Part shown: piece after piece, positions 38,391-52,685 of the stretch
Layout of the letters: each line of letters opens with the position of its first letter
Position numbering within the stretch: the first letter of the stretch is position 1
Assembly (NCBI GenBank): GCA_951406725.2
Contig: OX597820.1
Location: forward strand, 76,756,001-76,820,000
DNA: 64,000 bases
Origin: Octopus vulgaris
Lineage: Eukaryota
Direction of reading: 5' to 3'
Made by a program: the position numbers and the translations under genes
Notes under the pieces: generated by a model
What the model saw: only the letters and a program-made list of their open reading frames with translations
Databases searched by the model: none
What the model was told of the DNA's origin: nothing

Positions 38391-39949
38391 AATATTGCAC
38401 TGCAGTGTGAAAATGATCTAGAGAAAATCTACATTTATGAATCTTTATTGTTTTACATATTTTTAATGGAGATAATGCATTATCTTATAGTATGAAACAT
38501 ACTAAGAATGTAGCATCATATCCAGTTTCATTTAATCATGATGGATATTTATTCAAATTTGAAAAGCGAGATAAACAGATTGTTTTACACTTTTTAAAAC
38601 TAATTATGCTGAAGCTAACTTCATATCGTAACAGCAATCTATCATCCTCAAAGATATAGGATTTCTCAAAGGAAGCAAAGACAAATTTATTTTAGTTAGG
38701 CTTCTTGAGAACAGAGTAATTAATTAATTCCCCAACAAGAATATGAATATCTATGTTTCCACAAGGCATTTAATACTTTTTCAAAGCTACGGACAAATAA
38801 AAATGTATTTGAATTCTTTACTGAAAGAAAACAATTAAAAAACAATTTATAACTTATGGGAAATAATAAGAGGTATTTTTATAGCATGAATTCTCTTAGT
38901 TGTCTTTTGTATGCGATGTTTCATGTAAAGATAATTGAATGGTTTATGTCTGTTTTTTATTTGTTTCTGCTTTTCATTTTTTAATATTAGTTGATTTTCC
39001 ATTCCTATTCCAAATTTCTATAGGCTAATCGAACTGCATGTACAAGGAACAAATGTTTCATGGAGAAGCAGTAAACGGAAAATAATTTTGTATTACGATG
39101 CTATTGTACAAAGTAATGAAGTCAAGATAATTATTTGAAGAGGCAGTGTCTACTTCAGACATATCGGATGAGGTATTTAGATGCTCTTGCTTTGGATATG
39201 GTTCTTAAGTACAGAAACTCGAGCCATCATATTCTAAAATCTTACCGTTTAATTTAACAGGATACCTTAGCATGGTTTATTTTAACTTTCGTTGGCTTCT
39301 AATATGAATGCGAATTTTCTTCTAAGACTTTGAATTATAGTAGAAATAAATGCAAGTTCTGAGAAATGAACAATAAAAGTGAACTAATACCAGATTCTTA
39401 GTTACCGTTTCAAGTATATTTTATGATTTAATCATTGTCAGCCGTTATTTTAATATTTTTCACATACTTAACCTGTATTCTGTATTCAATCGCACATATT
39501 TGCGTGATTAAGTGTACGGCGATTGTGTTACGAAACTACACTTATATTTCACAACAAATTATTTCAACCGTCTCAGATTTGCTTATTATTGCTTTTATAT
39601 TCTGAACTTTTGACAGGATTCATAAATTTAAACCAGAAAGAAACCTGAAACCTTTGTTCGTTTTTGTATCTGGTTGTGCGTTTTATTCCAATAAAGGATA
39701 TGTACACACACACACGTATATACCTATACACACACACACACGCACGCACGCACACTCACAAGCCTAGTATGTATTATTATTGAGCGTTATTTGTCAAGTA
39801 GGGGTTTAGGCATTATATAGCCACAGTTAGCTTAAGAGATTTGCTCGTAAAGATGAAATCTCAAAACACGCATATGTATTATTAATACATACTCAAAGTA
39901 CATTCATACTTAACTGAATAATGCGAAAGTTTTAACGCCATTTCGATAA

Positions 39950-39950
39950 C

Positions 39951-40029
<79 letters not shown>

Positions 40030-40168
40030 TAATACATCCTAGTAGCAAAGATGATAGTTTACTTAAAGAGACGTTATGAGATCTCTGAAAACAGGTTACT
40101 GTCAGCTCTCACAGAATCAACCAAAGCAAGTAAGACCGAGAGCTCAAAGAAGTAAAATAATAATAATG

Positions 40169-40241
<73 letters not shown>

Positions 40242-40282
40242 TAATAATAATAATAATAATAATGATAATAATAATAATAATT
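39950..40282 (+). repeat. (AAT)n tracts enclosing a ~125-bp insert (40030-40155), possibly the 3' end of an R4/Dong element
   Basis: Pure AAT repeats on both sides; the assignment of the insert is inference from similar TAA-tailed fragments in the window. Confidence 0.6.
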
Positions 40283-40294
40283 CCAGTCTTTACT

Positions 40295-40685
40295 TTTTAA
40301 GCCTCATACTCATACTTATACTAACGCTACTTTTTACTGATCCACTAAATTACCAGCACATAAACACACCAGCACCGATTGATAAGGGGTCATAGGGAAC
40401 AAACACAAACACACAGAGACGCGCGCGCGCGCACACACATATACATATATACATATATATAGTCAATTCAAAGACCAAACAATTAAGAAAAAAAAGAAAA
40501 AGAATGTGAGGACAGGCACAAGCATTATATTAATTCGACGTTCGGTGAAAGGAGAGAATTGTTAAAGCTGCGAACGTAGCTTTTCGTAGGAGAGAAAAGT
40601 CCAGAAAGAAAGAAAGAACAATGAGGAAATATCGCCAACAATCCACGTGCAGCTACACTACTTATATATGTACATATATATATAT

Positions 40686-40756
<71 letters not shown>

Positions 40757-40761
40757 GTATG

Positions 40762-40823
<62 letters not shown>

Positions 40824-40975
40824 ACGGGCTTATTTCAGTTTCCGTCCGCCAAAACCACACGAGAAGCTCTGGTTAGCTATAGCAGAAGTCACCTGCTTAA
40901 AGTGCCCCGCAGTGAGGCTGAGCGCAGCATCATGCGATTGGGACGCACACTCATTGCTACTCAGCGACGTCTATA
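40295..40975 (-). mobile_element. SINE family B remnants with expanded internal microsatellite and insert
   Basis: 3' half ~40295-40420, 5' half 40822-40975 (acgggcttatttcagtttccgtcc). Confidence 0.6.
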
Positions 40976-41224
40976 CGTGTAGATGTCTATACATACATGC
41001 ATAGCTATATGCATGTATTTATATAAATATATATGTCTGTATGTGTATATATGTATGTATATATATATGTGTGTGTGTGTATCTATCTATCTATCTATCT
41101 CTCTATCTCTCTCTATATATATAAACATATGTATATACACATACACACGCACGCGCAGAGACACACACACAAACTCATATATATGCGTATATTTTGTCTG
41201 TGTGTGTACACACACACACACACG

Positions 41225-41261
<37 letters not shown>

Positions 41262-41283
41262 ATATATACACAAAGAATGAACG

Positions 41284-41375
<92 letters not shown>

Positions 41376-42264
41376 TAATCTGTAATACTGGACCACAACA
41401 GATATATTCGCAATAGAATAGGCAGGAGTTATATTTAGTCTGAGCAATCAAAACATTTGAAGTGAGTATTTTAACTAAGGTGGAAGATCTGTATTGTAGT
41501 CAATTGTTAAAATCGATATGATGAAAGCAACCAAATTTTACCTCCATTGGAATCCGACCAAGTATGTCTTGATAGAAAACATAAAAAGAACGTAAAGTTT
41601 TATAGTGCAATGTGAGAGACTATCCAAAGTTTCCTGAACGAGCAGTATAACATTAATAAAACAATAGATCAAATATTGACATGGGAAGTAATTCATCATA
41701 CTTTTTTTTCTATTTTATAGAACAAGCTTCAGGGAACAATTTCTTTTGATCGAATAAGTAGATTTTTTGGGAAACTGGCAAATCGACAAGTAAAGTGAAT
41801 ATTTGTAAAATTTTTACATCTATATTTGACTGTACAGAACAAAATAATGAACATTTCAAGTCAATGGGTACGGAGAGAACATGTAAAATACAGCAACATT
41901 ACACATTACTTTTAATTTTTTAGCTAGAGATTCAAAATCTTATTAAGAAAGAATGCGATTATGAAATATTGATTCTGCCGGCGTCCAACGTCTAGAAAAA
42001 TAATATATCCGTTATAGATTAAACAATACCTTCAGGTTTTCTTACTGTAAGATAATCTACTTACTATATTTTGATTAGTTATAACGATAAAAATTTTAGG
42101 GTGTTATGTATCAGTGATGTTTATATACTTTTGTAGATTACCCGATGCTTGAAAAAAGCAGTATATATTTTAATCCTAAATCATCAACATGCTCTTATAT
42201 CTACCCCATACAGACTCAAGTTGTCCTCGGTGGTGGTAGTGCTCTGAAAGGTCTTCCTTGTATT

Positions 42265-42721
42265 TCTCCCATAATGTTACAGGAACACTGAGTTCGCATG
42301 TTTGTGTGTGTGTACTTTTTATGCATTTCCACATTTTTCATCCGATTTGGATGAAATGTCTTTTATTAAATGGCAAATTTAATCAGACAGGTCACTGCGG
42401 CAATATTGATGCCTAGAGTTAACACCGTCTGGGAGAAAAATAGGTTAAACTTTTCAGGACTATAATGAAAACGATAACAAAGTCCTTTTTCGGGGCTACT
42501 TTACATTCAATTGTTGCATCTCCTGAGATGCTATTCTGGCTTCTCCGGCGATTTTCACCCTGTTGTTTCTAATTTATTTATGGTCTATGGGGAAAATCAA
42601 TTTTTCCTCAATGTGAATGTTTGCAACTTAACGCCAAAAATATTCAAAGAGATGTACAAAAAAAATGGTAGAACCATTGCCGAGTATTTAATAGGCGAGC
42701 AATGCCGGGTACTCCTGCTAG
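42265..42721 (+). mobile_element. Non-autonomous Helitron-like element, diverged
   Basis: ttcatccgatttggatgaaa (cf. ttcaaccgattctgatgaaa at 3111) and 3' gcgagcaatgccgggtactcctgCTAG|t end. Confidence 0.65.
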
Positions 42722-42737
42722 TTTTACATACTATTAT

Positions 42738-43118
42738 GTGTGGAGCAATGGCCCAGTGGTTAGGGCAGTGAACTCTTGGTCGTAGGAAAGCAGTTTCGAT
42801 TCCCAGATCGGGCGTTGTGACTGTTTATTGCACGAAAACACCTAAAGACTGACGAGGCTCCGGCAAGGGGTTGTGGAAAACCTTGCTGTACTCTTTCACC
42901 ACAACTTTCCTTCACTCTTTTTTTCCTCTTTCTATTGCACCTGTATTTCTATGGGCCAGCCTTGTCACACTCTGTGTCACGCTCAATCTCCCCGAGAACT
43001 ACGTTAAGGGTACATGTGGCTGAGGAGTGCTCAGCCACTTGCACGTTAATTTCCCTAGCAGGCTGTTTTGATGATCGGATCAACTGGAACCCTCGTCGTC
43101 GTAACCGTCGGATTGCCA
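42738..43118 (+). mobile_element. SINE family D
   Basis: Homologous to 17867-18235 and 2462-2766. Confidence 0.85.
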
Positions 43119-43321
43119 CAACCTTACCCTAATGAAGGAGATGGAACATTAAGCAATTACATTCAGCATATAGCTATTATGAGATTGAAAGATTGGTATT
43201 TATTAAATGCAAAGTCCAACTTGACCTTGTTAGAATTTCAACTTAGCACCTGAAGCGGGCAGAAATCTTGCTAAGCATTTTGTCCGGTGTGATATAAGTG
43301 CAACCAACTCACTGAATTATA

Positions 43322-43391
<70 letters not shown>

Positions 43392-43409
43392 TATAAAAAT
43401 GATAATAAT

Positions 43410-43620
43410 CCCTTCTACTATAGGCACAAGGCCTGAGATTTTGCTGAAGGAGTTAAGGGGACGAGTCGATTACATCGACACTTGGTACTCAACTCGTACT
43501 TAATTTATGAAACCCCACCCCACACGAAAGAATGAAAGGCAAGATCAACCTCAATGGAATTTTAACTCAGAACATAAATACTGCTAAGCCTTTTGCTCGG
43601 CGTGCTAACGATTCCGGGCA
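43410..43620 (-). mobile_element. SINE family A (plus fragment 43190-43310 and (TAC)n 43322-43391)
   Basis: ttctactataggcacaaggcc tail and gaatgaaaggcaagatcaacctc core. Confidence 0.7.
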
Positions 43621-44099
43621 AATAATAATAATGCCCTAATGCAGTACCAGACAGTGGCTCTCGTGGCTTCTGATCTTAATTGATTGGAAGTGAAATCTTG
43701 TACTTTGTTTTGTTTTGGTATAAAAGATGGGCTAGAGCAAATATTCTGCTCAATACAACAGATTTGCTCGTCAGATATTTGACCTTAACCACTTGACAAC
43801 GTCCCTTTGTGGCTGATGATATGTGCATCTCTGATCATGAGCAGAAGTATTAGGGGAGCATCATAGCCGTGTGTTGAAAGGAATTCTTGGAGGTTTTAAT
43901 AATTCAACTTTGGAAACACGGGTGGTTCGTTCAACAGCCTTAAACAATCTTTATTCAGGGACCTTTTGAGCACGACGGGCTACTCTACCAGAAGCAAATT
44001 CGAACTGGGCCCCACATGCAACACTATGCGCTGTTTATCTTCATATGAGATCACCCCATGTCGCATATGGTTGCCATGCATGTGCCTGGTGTACCCTTA

Positions 44100-44214
44100 T
44101 TATATATATGATATATATATGACATGTATATGTATGTATATGTATGTATATGTATGTATATGTATTATGTATATATATATATATGTATGTATTTATGTAT
44201 GTATATGTGTTATG

Positions 44215-44245
<31 letters not shown>

Positions 44246-44396
44246 GTATGTATATGTATGTATATGTATATATATGTATATGTATATATATGTATATATA
44301 TATGTATATATGTATGTATATGTATATATACATATATATGCGTGTATATATATACACATATATGTATGTATATATATATGTGTATATATATACATA

Positions 44397-44434
<38 letters not shown>

Positions 44435-44453
44435 CGTATATATATATATATAT
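44100..44453. repeat. (TA/TG)n compound microsatellite
   Basis: Direct inspection. Confidence 0.95.
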
Positions 44454-46139
44454 GAGCAATTACATTCAATTTATAGCTATTATGAGATTGAAAGCAACAA
44501 CGAACCCAATAATACACTTGATTGCGTATGAACAGCAGAAACATTCATTCGAGTTACGTATGAATGAATTTCATTCTTCCTACGTTAGCGATTACACTAT
44601 AGTGTTCGTGAGATACCAAATCTTTATAATGTTTTATTTCGCTGCTTCAGTAATTGGGTTTTCTAATGCTAAATGACTGGTAAATAATCTGAGACGTAAG
44701 GAAGAAATTTTTCGATTGTAATAGAATGATTAAAAGAAGAGATATTGTCACTGGTTATTACAGACATTACAAAGTTGGCGTAGAAGTACATTTTGAATGG
44801 TAAAAATTCTTGGGCGGTGAGAAAAAAAAAGAAAAACAAGTATAATATTCGGTACGGAAGAGGAGTAATGGTTTGCAGAAGCCCAGTGTTTGATTGACAC
44901 AATGCAGGTAACAAGTAGGATGGATTAAGGATTTCGTGCTTACACCCTCATCTCTGAAAGGTTGCGCGGACACATCCATTTGATAGTAACAGAAGCACGT
45001 GTCATGTTCACAGAAAATCAGAGCTAAAGTACATTTAAGCTAACGACGCCGGTCGTGGATGTTGTTAATGAGCCGCTACATGCCAATCTGTGGTGTGGCA
45101 TTAGGAACAGTTTTTGATGTGTCTTTGTAGCAACAACCACCCATCTATCCCCAATGTGATTCTAATGCTTCATTTTTGGTGTTACCTACCCTTTCTGGAA
45201 TATCAGTAGTTATTGGAAGCAGAGGTATATTCTCCTTCTGAAGAGATGAGCTTTCCTGATGATACAAACATTCTAGGTTAAATATGTATGTTTGGAGTGA
45301 TCGTCATTGCTTCTATGTCCAGAATGTATGGGGACCATCAGGGCAATATTTGCGTGTTGTACATATTTGAAATGGGGATTGGTCGATAACATTCTTTCTG
45401 GAAGTGCACTGTGATTAAGTGTTATTGCATGGGGCAAAGTCATAAAATTGGAATAAAACCAATTCATGAATGTTTCCTAGTGGCTGAGAAAATAAGAAAT
45501 AAGTTCCAGTTCAGCAGCACTGTCTCAAGAGAAGTAATCGATATTTGGTGCTCAAATAACATTGATTTTATTTTCATTATCTTTGCATGTATCGGTAATG
45601 GTGATGCATGCTTTTGTAAATGTATTGCTATAGAAGCACATTATAAACGAAGGGATCATTTTATGAATTAAACAACTTTTTTCTTTTATCTACGCACCAA
45701 CTTTTGTAGTTTAAAGTATTATATTAATCCCACAAATGTCTATGTATGTGAGTGTGTTTCTGGTTTTATATGTGTCTGTTTATGTATAATATTTATAGGT
45801 TCTTTAGGAGATTGCAAGTGGTGCTGAGGAAAATATCAATGATTTTGATACCAGGTTAAAAGTAGATCGCATATAGTTTGGTATATTGACTGTATTAGTT
45901 AGTGAGTGTTTGATTCAGGGTTACTTTTGTTCAGTTCATTATTCGAAAATATTGTGTTGAATGAAAAGTTTTGCAATATTATAGTAATTTGTTTGCTTTA
46001 TTGGGCAAGTTACAACAAAAGCAGCCTAGTATTCAAAGTAGAGGCCATTGTGTTTCGCCGTCTGAAACTACCTTACATCCAATTCTTTGATCCCACGCTT
46101 GTGCTAGTTCTTCTCCTACGAGGCAAAGAACTCCACTGG

Positions 46140-46382
46140 TTCACTTCCTGTGCTCGTAACGCTTTGTCGACCAACAGAAAGTGGAAGCTTTAGTGAAGGA
46201 GTTTTTCGCCGCAGAGGACAAGAAATGGTATCAGAGACGTATCAAGGAAATGTTAGAAAGGTGGTTTCAGACGATGCAACACGATGACCTCTACTTTGAA
46301 TGTGAGGAAGCTTTTGTTGTAACTTCACGAATAACACTGATAAGTTAAGAAAGTATTACTAAACCTTTGACTCAACATAATA
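46140..46382 (+). mobile_element. Mariner transposon 3' fragment (transposase C-terminus plus TIR)
   Basis: RFVDQQKVEALVKEFFAAEDKKWYQRRIKEMLERWFQTMQHDDLYFE fits the mariner C-terminal F...E....FF.......Y..GI..L..RW.......G.YFE pattern; ends tttgactcaacataa|TA. Confidence 0.8.
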
Positions 46383-47306
46383 TTTGGCAAAATATTTGTA
46401 GAGATAATGTGTAATACAGTTACAGCTTTTAGCAGCGATTGAAAAATGCACGTTAATGCAGACAGATGAATACAAGTAAAATAAAGGAATAAATGACTGC
46501 GTGTATGAAATACAGCCAGGTGTAATAAAATAATTACATTATGAAATATCATATCATGTTTTACTGTTCCATATTATATATTTTGTTTCCGATTCTACAA
46601 TTAAACTTAATATAATTTATCTTGAATGCTCATATCACTCTCACAAAAATTCAGTAAATTGACATTATACCTACTCTAAATGATAATTCGATAAATATTT
46701 TATTGTTTTTTTTAACCAATTACTTAAGCAGAAACTAACAGCAAATACGCTTTGTTTAACATAAACATTGATGTATACATTTCTTGCTCTGCATATATAT
46801 TTACATCGAAGCCGATTGCCAAATCCACTGACATTATTAAAATCATTAACATTTCAAAACAACTTATGACATCGACTGTACAAAGGCTACAAAACACTGG
46901 CATCAAATCTTTAAGAGTATATACATAAGAGTATATACATAATGTGTGTGTATGCATATATATATATATGTGTGTGTGTGTGTGCATATATGTATATGTG
47001 TATGTATGTTTCTATGTGGGTTATAATACTATAAAATATGCAAGTGTACATATGTTAAAGTAGCAGCAGTTAAAGTTTATGAAAGAATTCTATTAGAGAC
47101 GTTGTGATTACTAACCTCGTCCCCAAAGTTTTAATCAACCAACACCTGATCTGGTTCCATGACATTTCGTTTAAAATTTGGAATATGTCAACAAATTTGA
47201 CCTTTAAAGGCATGCAGAAACACTACTGTCTTCTGCATCACGATTAGACTACGTGTCCATCATCACATTGATTCCGTATTTGTTAATATTTTCTTTACAC
47301 TAAGGG

Positions 47307-47729
47307 GGCGAGCTGGCAGAAACGTTAGCACGCCGGGCGAAATGCTTAGTGTTATTTTGTCTACCGCTACATTCTGAGTTCAAATTCCGCCGAGGTCGAC
47401 TTTGCCTTTCATTATTGGGGGTCGCTTAATAAGTACCAGTTACGCATTGAGGTCGATATAATCAACTTAACCCGTTTTTCTGTCCTTGTTTGTCCCCTTT
47501 GTGTGTAGCTCCTTGTGGACAGTAAAGAAATGAGAAACGTTAGCACGCCGGGCGAAATGGTAACCTTTATCTCGTCTGTGTTTGCCTTCTGAGTTCAAAC
47601 TCCGCCAAGATCGATTTACCTTTCGTCCATTCGGGGTTCATAAATTAGGTACCAGTTGCGTACTGTGGTCGATCTGATCGACTGACAACCTCACCCAAAA
47701 TTTCAGGCCTTGTACCTAGAGTAGAAAAG
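47307..47729 (+). mobile_element. SINE family A, full dimer
   Basis: TSD-like aatattttctttaca (47285-47299) / aatatttactttaca (47730-47744). Confidence 0.9.
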
Positions 47730-47854
47730 AATATTTACTTTACAGTTTCTCTCAGGAATATTAATTGGTTTCTTCCCCACGCATGTATTCCGAAGATGTT
47801 GATTTCCCTAAATTCTTCCGTCATAATTATTTTGTCTTTTTTTTTATTTTCATC

Positions 47855-48130
47855 TGTTGTTTGTTTCACTCATAAAGCTGCGGCCTTACATAGGCGCCTT
47901 CTTGGAGAGTTCAAGCATAAGGAATCGACCCCAGCACTTATTTTAAAGACTATTACTCATATTACTTATTCTCTCTGGTTGTGAGGCAAGAAGCTTGCTT
48001 CACAACCACATGATTCTGGGTTTAGTCCTACTGCATGGCACCTTGGGCAAGTTTCTTCTACTACAGCCTCGGACCGACCAATGCCTAGTGAGTGGAATCG
48101 GCAGACGGAAACTGAAACAAGCCCGTCGTA
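47855..48130 (-). mobile_element. SINE family B fragments
   Basis: Family B tail piece on minus (47855-47975) abutting a plus-strand head (47975-48130). Confidence 0.6.
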
Positions 48131-48180
48131 TATATATATATACATATATATACACACACACACACACATATATATATATG

Positions 48181-48211
<31 letters not shown>

Positions 48212-48227
48212 TATGTATGTATGTATG

Positions 48228-48261
<34 letters not shown>

Positions 48262-48269
48262 TGTATGTA

Positions 48270-48744
<475 letters not shown>

Positions 48745-49044
48745 TTCATTAGCAACGTCTTTCAGTTCTGTTTTCATTTGTTACCAAGTGTCTTCCTGAC
48801 ACCTAGGATAGGGAAACGCACGATATACATTGGTAGGCCATTAAAATAAACACACCCGATCACTCAATTACAAAGTCATGTGATAGAGAAAATGGAGAAT
48901 GAAGGTGGAGATAAAAAACAAAATAAAAGTTAAAAAATGTAAAAGCGGTGATCCAGTATGGCTGCAGGCATATGACTGAAGTACGTAAAAGAATAACAAA
49001 AAACTGAAAGAGTAAAGAATATAGAGTGGGGAGGGAAGAAAATC

Positions 49045-49362
49045 CACAGCGACAATGCTCCTTTCAGTACGTTGTGACGTACCAGTTAAGACAATATGTT
49101 ACACTTCATGTATGGATGGTAAGCTAGGGATCATTCTTAAATAACTTTCTGTTCTATTTTGGATTATTCAAAGTTTTTCAACAATCACTGGTATTGTAAA
49201 CGCCTTGAAACGCCATAGTTTTGCGACTTCGTTTAGCGAGTCTTCATATTTTCTGAGCTTATCAAATTATTTTGCCGATAGATTATGGTCACAGGCTATG
49301 CTCATGTCAATCAACAAACATACTTTATTGTTTTCGTCTTTCACAACGATACCTGGTTTACT
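49045..49362 (-). pseudogene. R4/Dong-type RLE C-terminal fragment
   Basis: [26 protein letters not shown]...KLRKYEDSLNEVAKLW...TIPVIV...YLRMIPSLP...VLTGTS with stops. Confidence 0.85.
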
Positions 49363-49496
49363 ATTATTATTATTATTGTTGTTGTTGTTGTTTTTGTTAT
49401 TATTATACTAGCGTTCTGTGTGTGTTTGCGTAATGTGTGCAATTTTATCTATCTATCTCTTTCACTCTCTGTCTCTCTTTCTCTTTTCTTCTATAA

Positions 49497-49635
<139 letters not shown>

Positions 49636-50074
49636 CATACATGCACAGCAGGAATCAGTATACACTGTTGATACACTATATTTACCATTGATGCAATGGT
49701 AAATATAGGAGGTGTATCATCAAGGATGTTCTTTTAATATGTCTGTCATAATTGATTGATGTTCCCGTTAGGGGAGTATTCTAGGGGCTTTATCTCCTAT
49801 TATAAGAAGAAAGAATTTCGTTGATCTTTGAATCTAGTATCATTTATTATATCTACAGCATTAAATAACAAAATGCCTTTAGATATTGCAACAATAAATG
49901 TGCATGTTCGATGTACAGATAACTGCAATCCTCTTATAGCCTCAGAAGATTCATAGGAGAGTCAATCACCCTATAATACTTCCATACTACCCAGTTGTAT
50001 AAATATATTTCTTTCAAGCCAAAACCACCATGATAAATAACTTGTATATGTACATATATATATATATATATATG

Positions 50075-50435
50075 TAGGTCCCGGGTTGATTCGGGGTTAA
50101 CCACAGTAAATAAGGTACTCAATACATAGCAGAGTAAAATTAATTTATTATATAGAAGGAGCTTCTACAGGACTAGAACTGTTTCATTCAAGAGAAATCT
50201 TCAGGAAGCTAGTTAACAAGAATTGTATTGGCATTTATACATTTAGGCAGGTTTAAAGGGGTGGTGGTGGGGGACTTTTTGGGGGTAGGCATAGCGCAAA
50301 AAAATCATATTTGGGGGAGTGGTCAAGGAGTCAGTGGTAAATTAGATAGAAGAATAAATAAAAGAATAAAAAAAGGGAGAATAAAAAAATATAGAGAGGA
50401 ATAGAGTTTTAGGTAAATAAGGAAAATCTCACTTA
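50075..50435 (-). mobile_element. Solo PLE 3' end/pLTR-like fragment
   Basis: Terminal layout (gtactcaa.tac....agagtaa...tttatt) resembles 18250-18335; contains a hammerhead; TA-flanked. Confidence 0.6.
50160..50210 (-). ncRNA. Type I hammerhead ribozyme motif
   Basis: Minus strand agcttc CTGAAGA t ttc tctt gaa t GAAA cag ttctagtc ctg TA gaagct; 6-bp stem I, 3-bp stems II and III. Confidence 0.7.
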
Positions 50436-50572
50436 TACCTATACACATATGTATACATATATATACACACACACACATATACATACTCACATACATACAC
50501 ACACACCCATATATATATATATATATACACACACACATACATATACATACATATATCTACACACACATACAC

Positions 50573-50604
<32 letters not shown>

Positions 50605-50811
50605 ATACACACATACATGCACATACATATACACACACACATGTGTATATATGCACACACACACACACGACCACACATACACATATACACAAAAAATATA
50701 TATATACATACACACACATACACATACACACATACACACACATATATATCCACATACACACATGCACACACAACACACAAGTCCCTATATACTCATATGT
50801 ACTTATACACA

Positions 50812-50846
<35 letters not shown>

Positions 50847-51414
50847 ACACATATATATACACATACATATGTGTACCTATTCATACCTACACATACACAC
50901 ATATACACATACAAATACAAACCCATTCCCTAATTTTAATTTTATTATCTTCATTTATTACTTTTGTTATCTTTGACCGCTGGTCACAAACATCTTGGCT
51001 ACGACAACCAGTCCCTTTTATCTTTCTACTTGAGCACAAGCACTCACTCACGCACGCACACTCGTTAGCACGCACACTCACTCATTCGTACACTCATACA
51101 CATACACGCACGCACGCGTTATATTCATACATACATACATCTACATACATACACGTATATACACATACGTACGCGTACCTACAGATTCATGTCTACAATC
51201 TTAGAAGACTAGTCTATACATATACACCAATAAATATATATACACACATACATATACACCTACATACAAATACATACATACATCATAACTCTACGTACCT
51301 ACATATACCTAAACACACGAGCGTACACGTATATGTACTTATACACATACACATACCCACGCATATATACATACATACACATACATACACGCACATATAC
51401 ACAAATATATATGC

Positions 51415-51447
<33 letters not shown>

Positions 51448-51550
51448 TACACATATATATCTATATATATATATATACATATATACACATATATACATAT
51501 ACACACATACACACATATATACATACATATACATACACACACATACACAT

Positions 51551-51587
<37 letters not shown>

Positions 51588-51756
51588 TACACACACACAC
51601 ACATATATATACACACACACACATACACATATATATACATACACACACATACACATACATATACACACATACACACACACATACATATATACACACACAT
51701 ACACATACATATACATACACACATACATACACACATATATATACACATACATACAT

Positions 51757-51795
<39 letters not shown>

Positions 51796-51864
51796 CATGT
51801 GTGCAAACATACATACATACTCATACACACTCACACACTTACATATACATATATACACACACCT

Positions 51865-51917
<53 letters not shown>

Positions 51918-52057
51918 CATATACATATACATATATATACATATATACATACATACACATAAACATATATATACCTGTATATATATACACGCATACACAT
52001 ACATACACACATATATCTATACACACATACACATATGTACACATACACACGCATATT

Positions 52058-52105
<48 letters not shown>

Positions 52106-52436
52106 TACACATACACACACATACATATATATACACACACATACACACACACCTACATATATATATATATATATACATACATACACACACACACATATAT
52201 ATATTCCCACACCTACACATACACACATATATATATATACATATATACATACATATACACACATACACACACACACACATATATATGTACATACATACAC
52301 ATACACATACATATACATATACATATACATATACACATGCACATACGTATAACTCTACATACCCATATATATATATGTATGTATGTATGTATTATGTATA
52401 TATATATGTATGTATGTATGTATTATGTATATATAA
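50436..52436. repeat. ~2-kb compound (TA)/(CA)/(TACA) low-complexity field
   Basis: Direct inspection; accounts for the 596-aa and overlapping ORFs. Confidence 0.95.
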
Positions 52437-52502
52437 AATAAGGAATGCTTTCTTCGAAGGAATCTAGTGCTCACAGCTTAGATTTTCTTGGCGCCGGCGA
52501 GA

Positions 52503-52564
52503 TTGGTGCAGTCTCGAGTGTAACCGGCCGAAACTGCTAAGATAATCTGGTACTCGACTGAGGA
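52503..52564 (+). ncRNA. Candidate non-circularly permuted hammerhead ribozyme (copy 2)
   Basis: ttggtgcag TC tcgagtg ... GAAA ctgctaa ... tactcga CTGAGGA. Confidence 0.55.
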
Positions 52565-52685
52565 TAGGAAGCTCCGTATGACCCGTTGTTGTTTTTTCCT
52601 GTCCTTTTTTGTATCGTATAACTCTCCGGATGTTTTGATGCCGCCCGTTATGTTCTTGTTCCACTTTTCTCCTTTATATATATAT

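Noticed and set aside
45190-45485. Possible minus-strand exon (acceptor tttcttattttctcag, donor gtaggt)
   Set aside because: All three frames contain stops and there are no partner exons; unsupported without RNA data.
50651-52441. 596-aa ORF and overlapping H/T/Y/I-rich ORFs
   Set aside because: Read-through of TA/CA microsatellite that lacks stop codons in several frames; no protein-like complexity. The same applies to most ORFs in the track.
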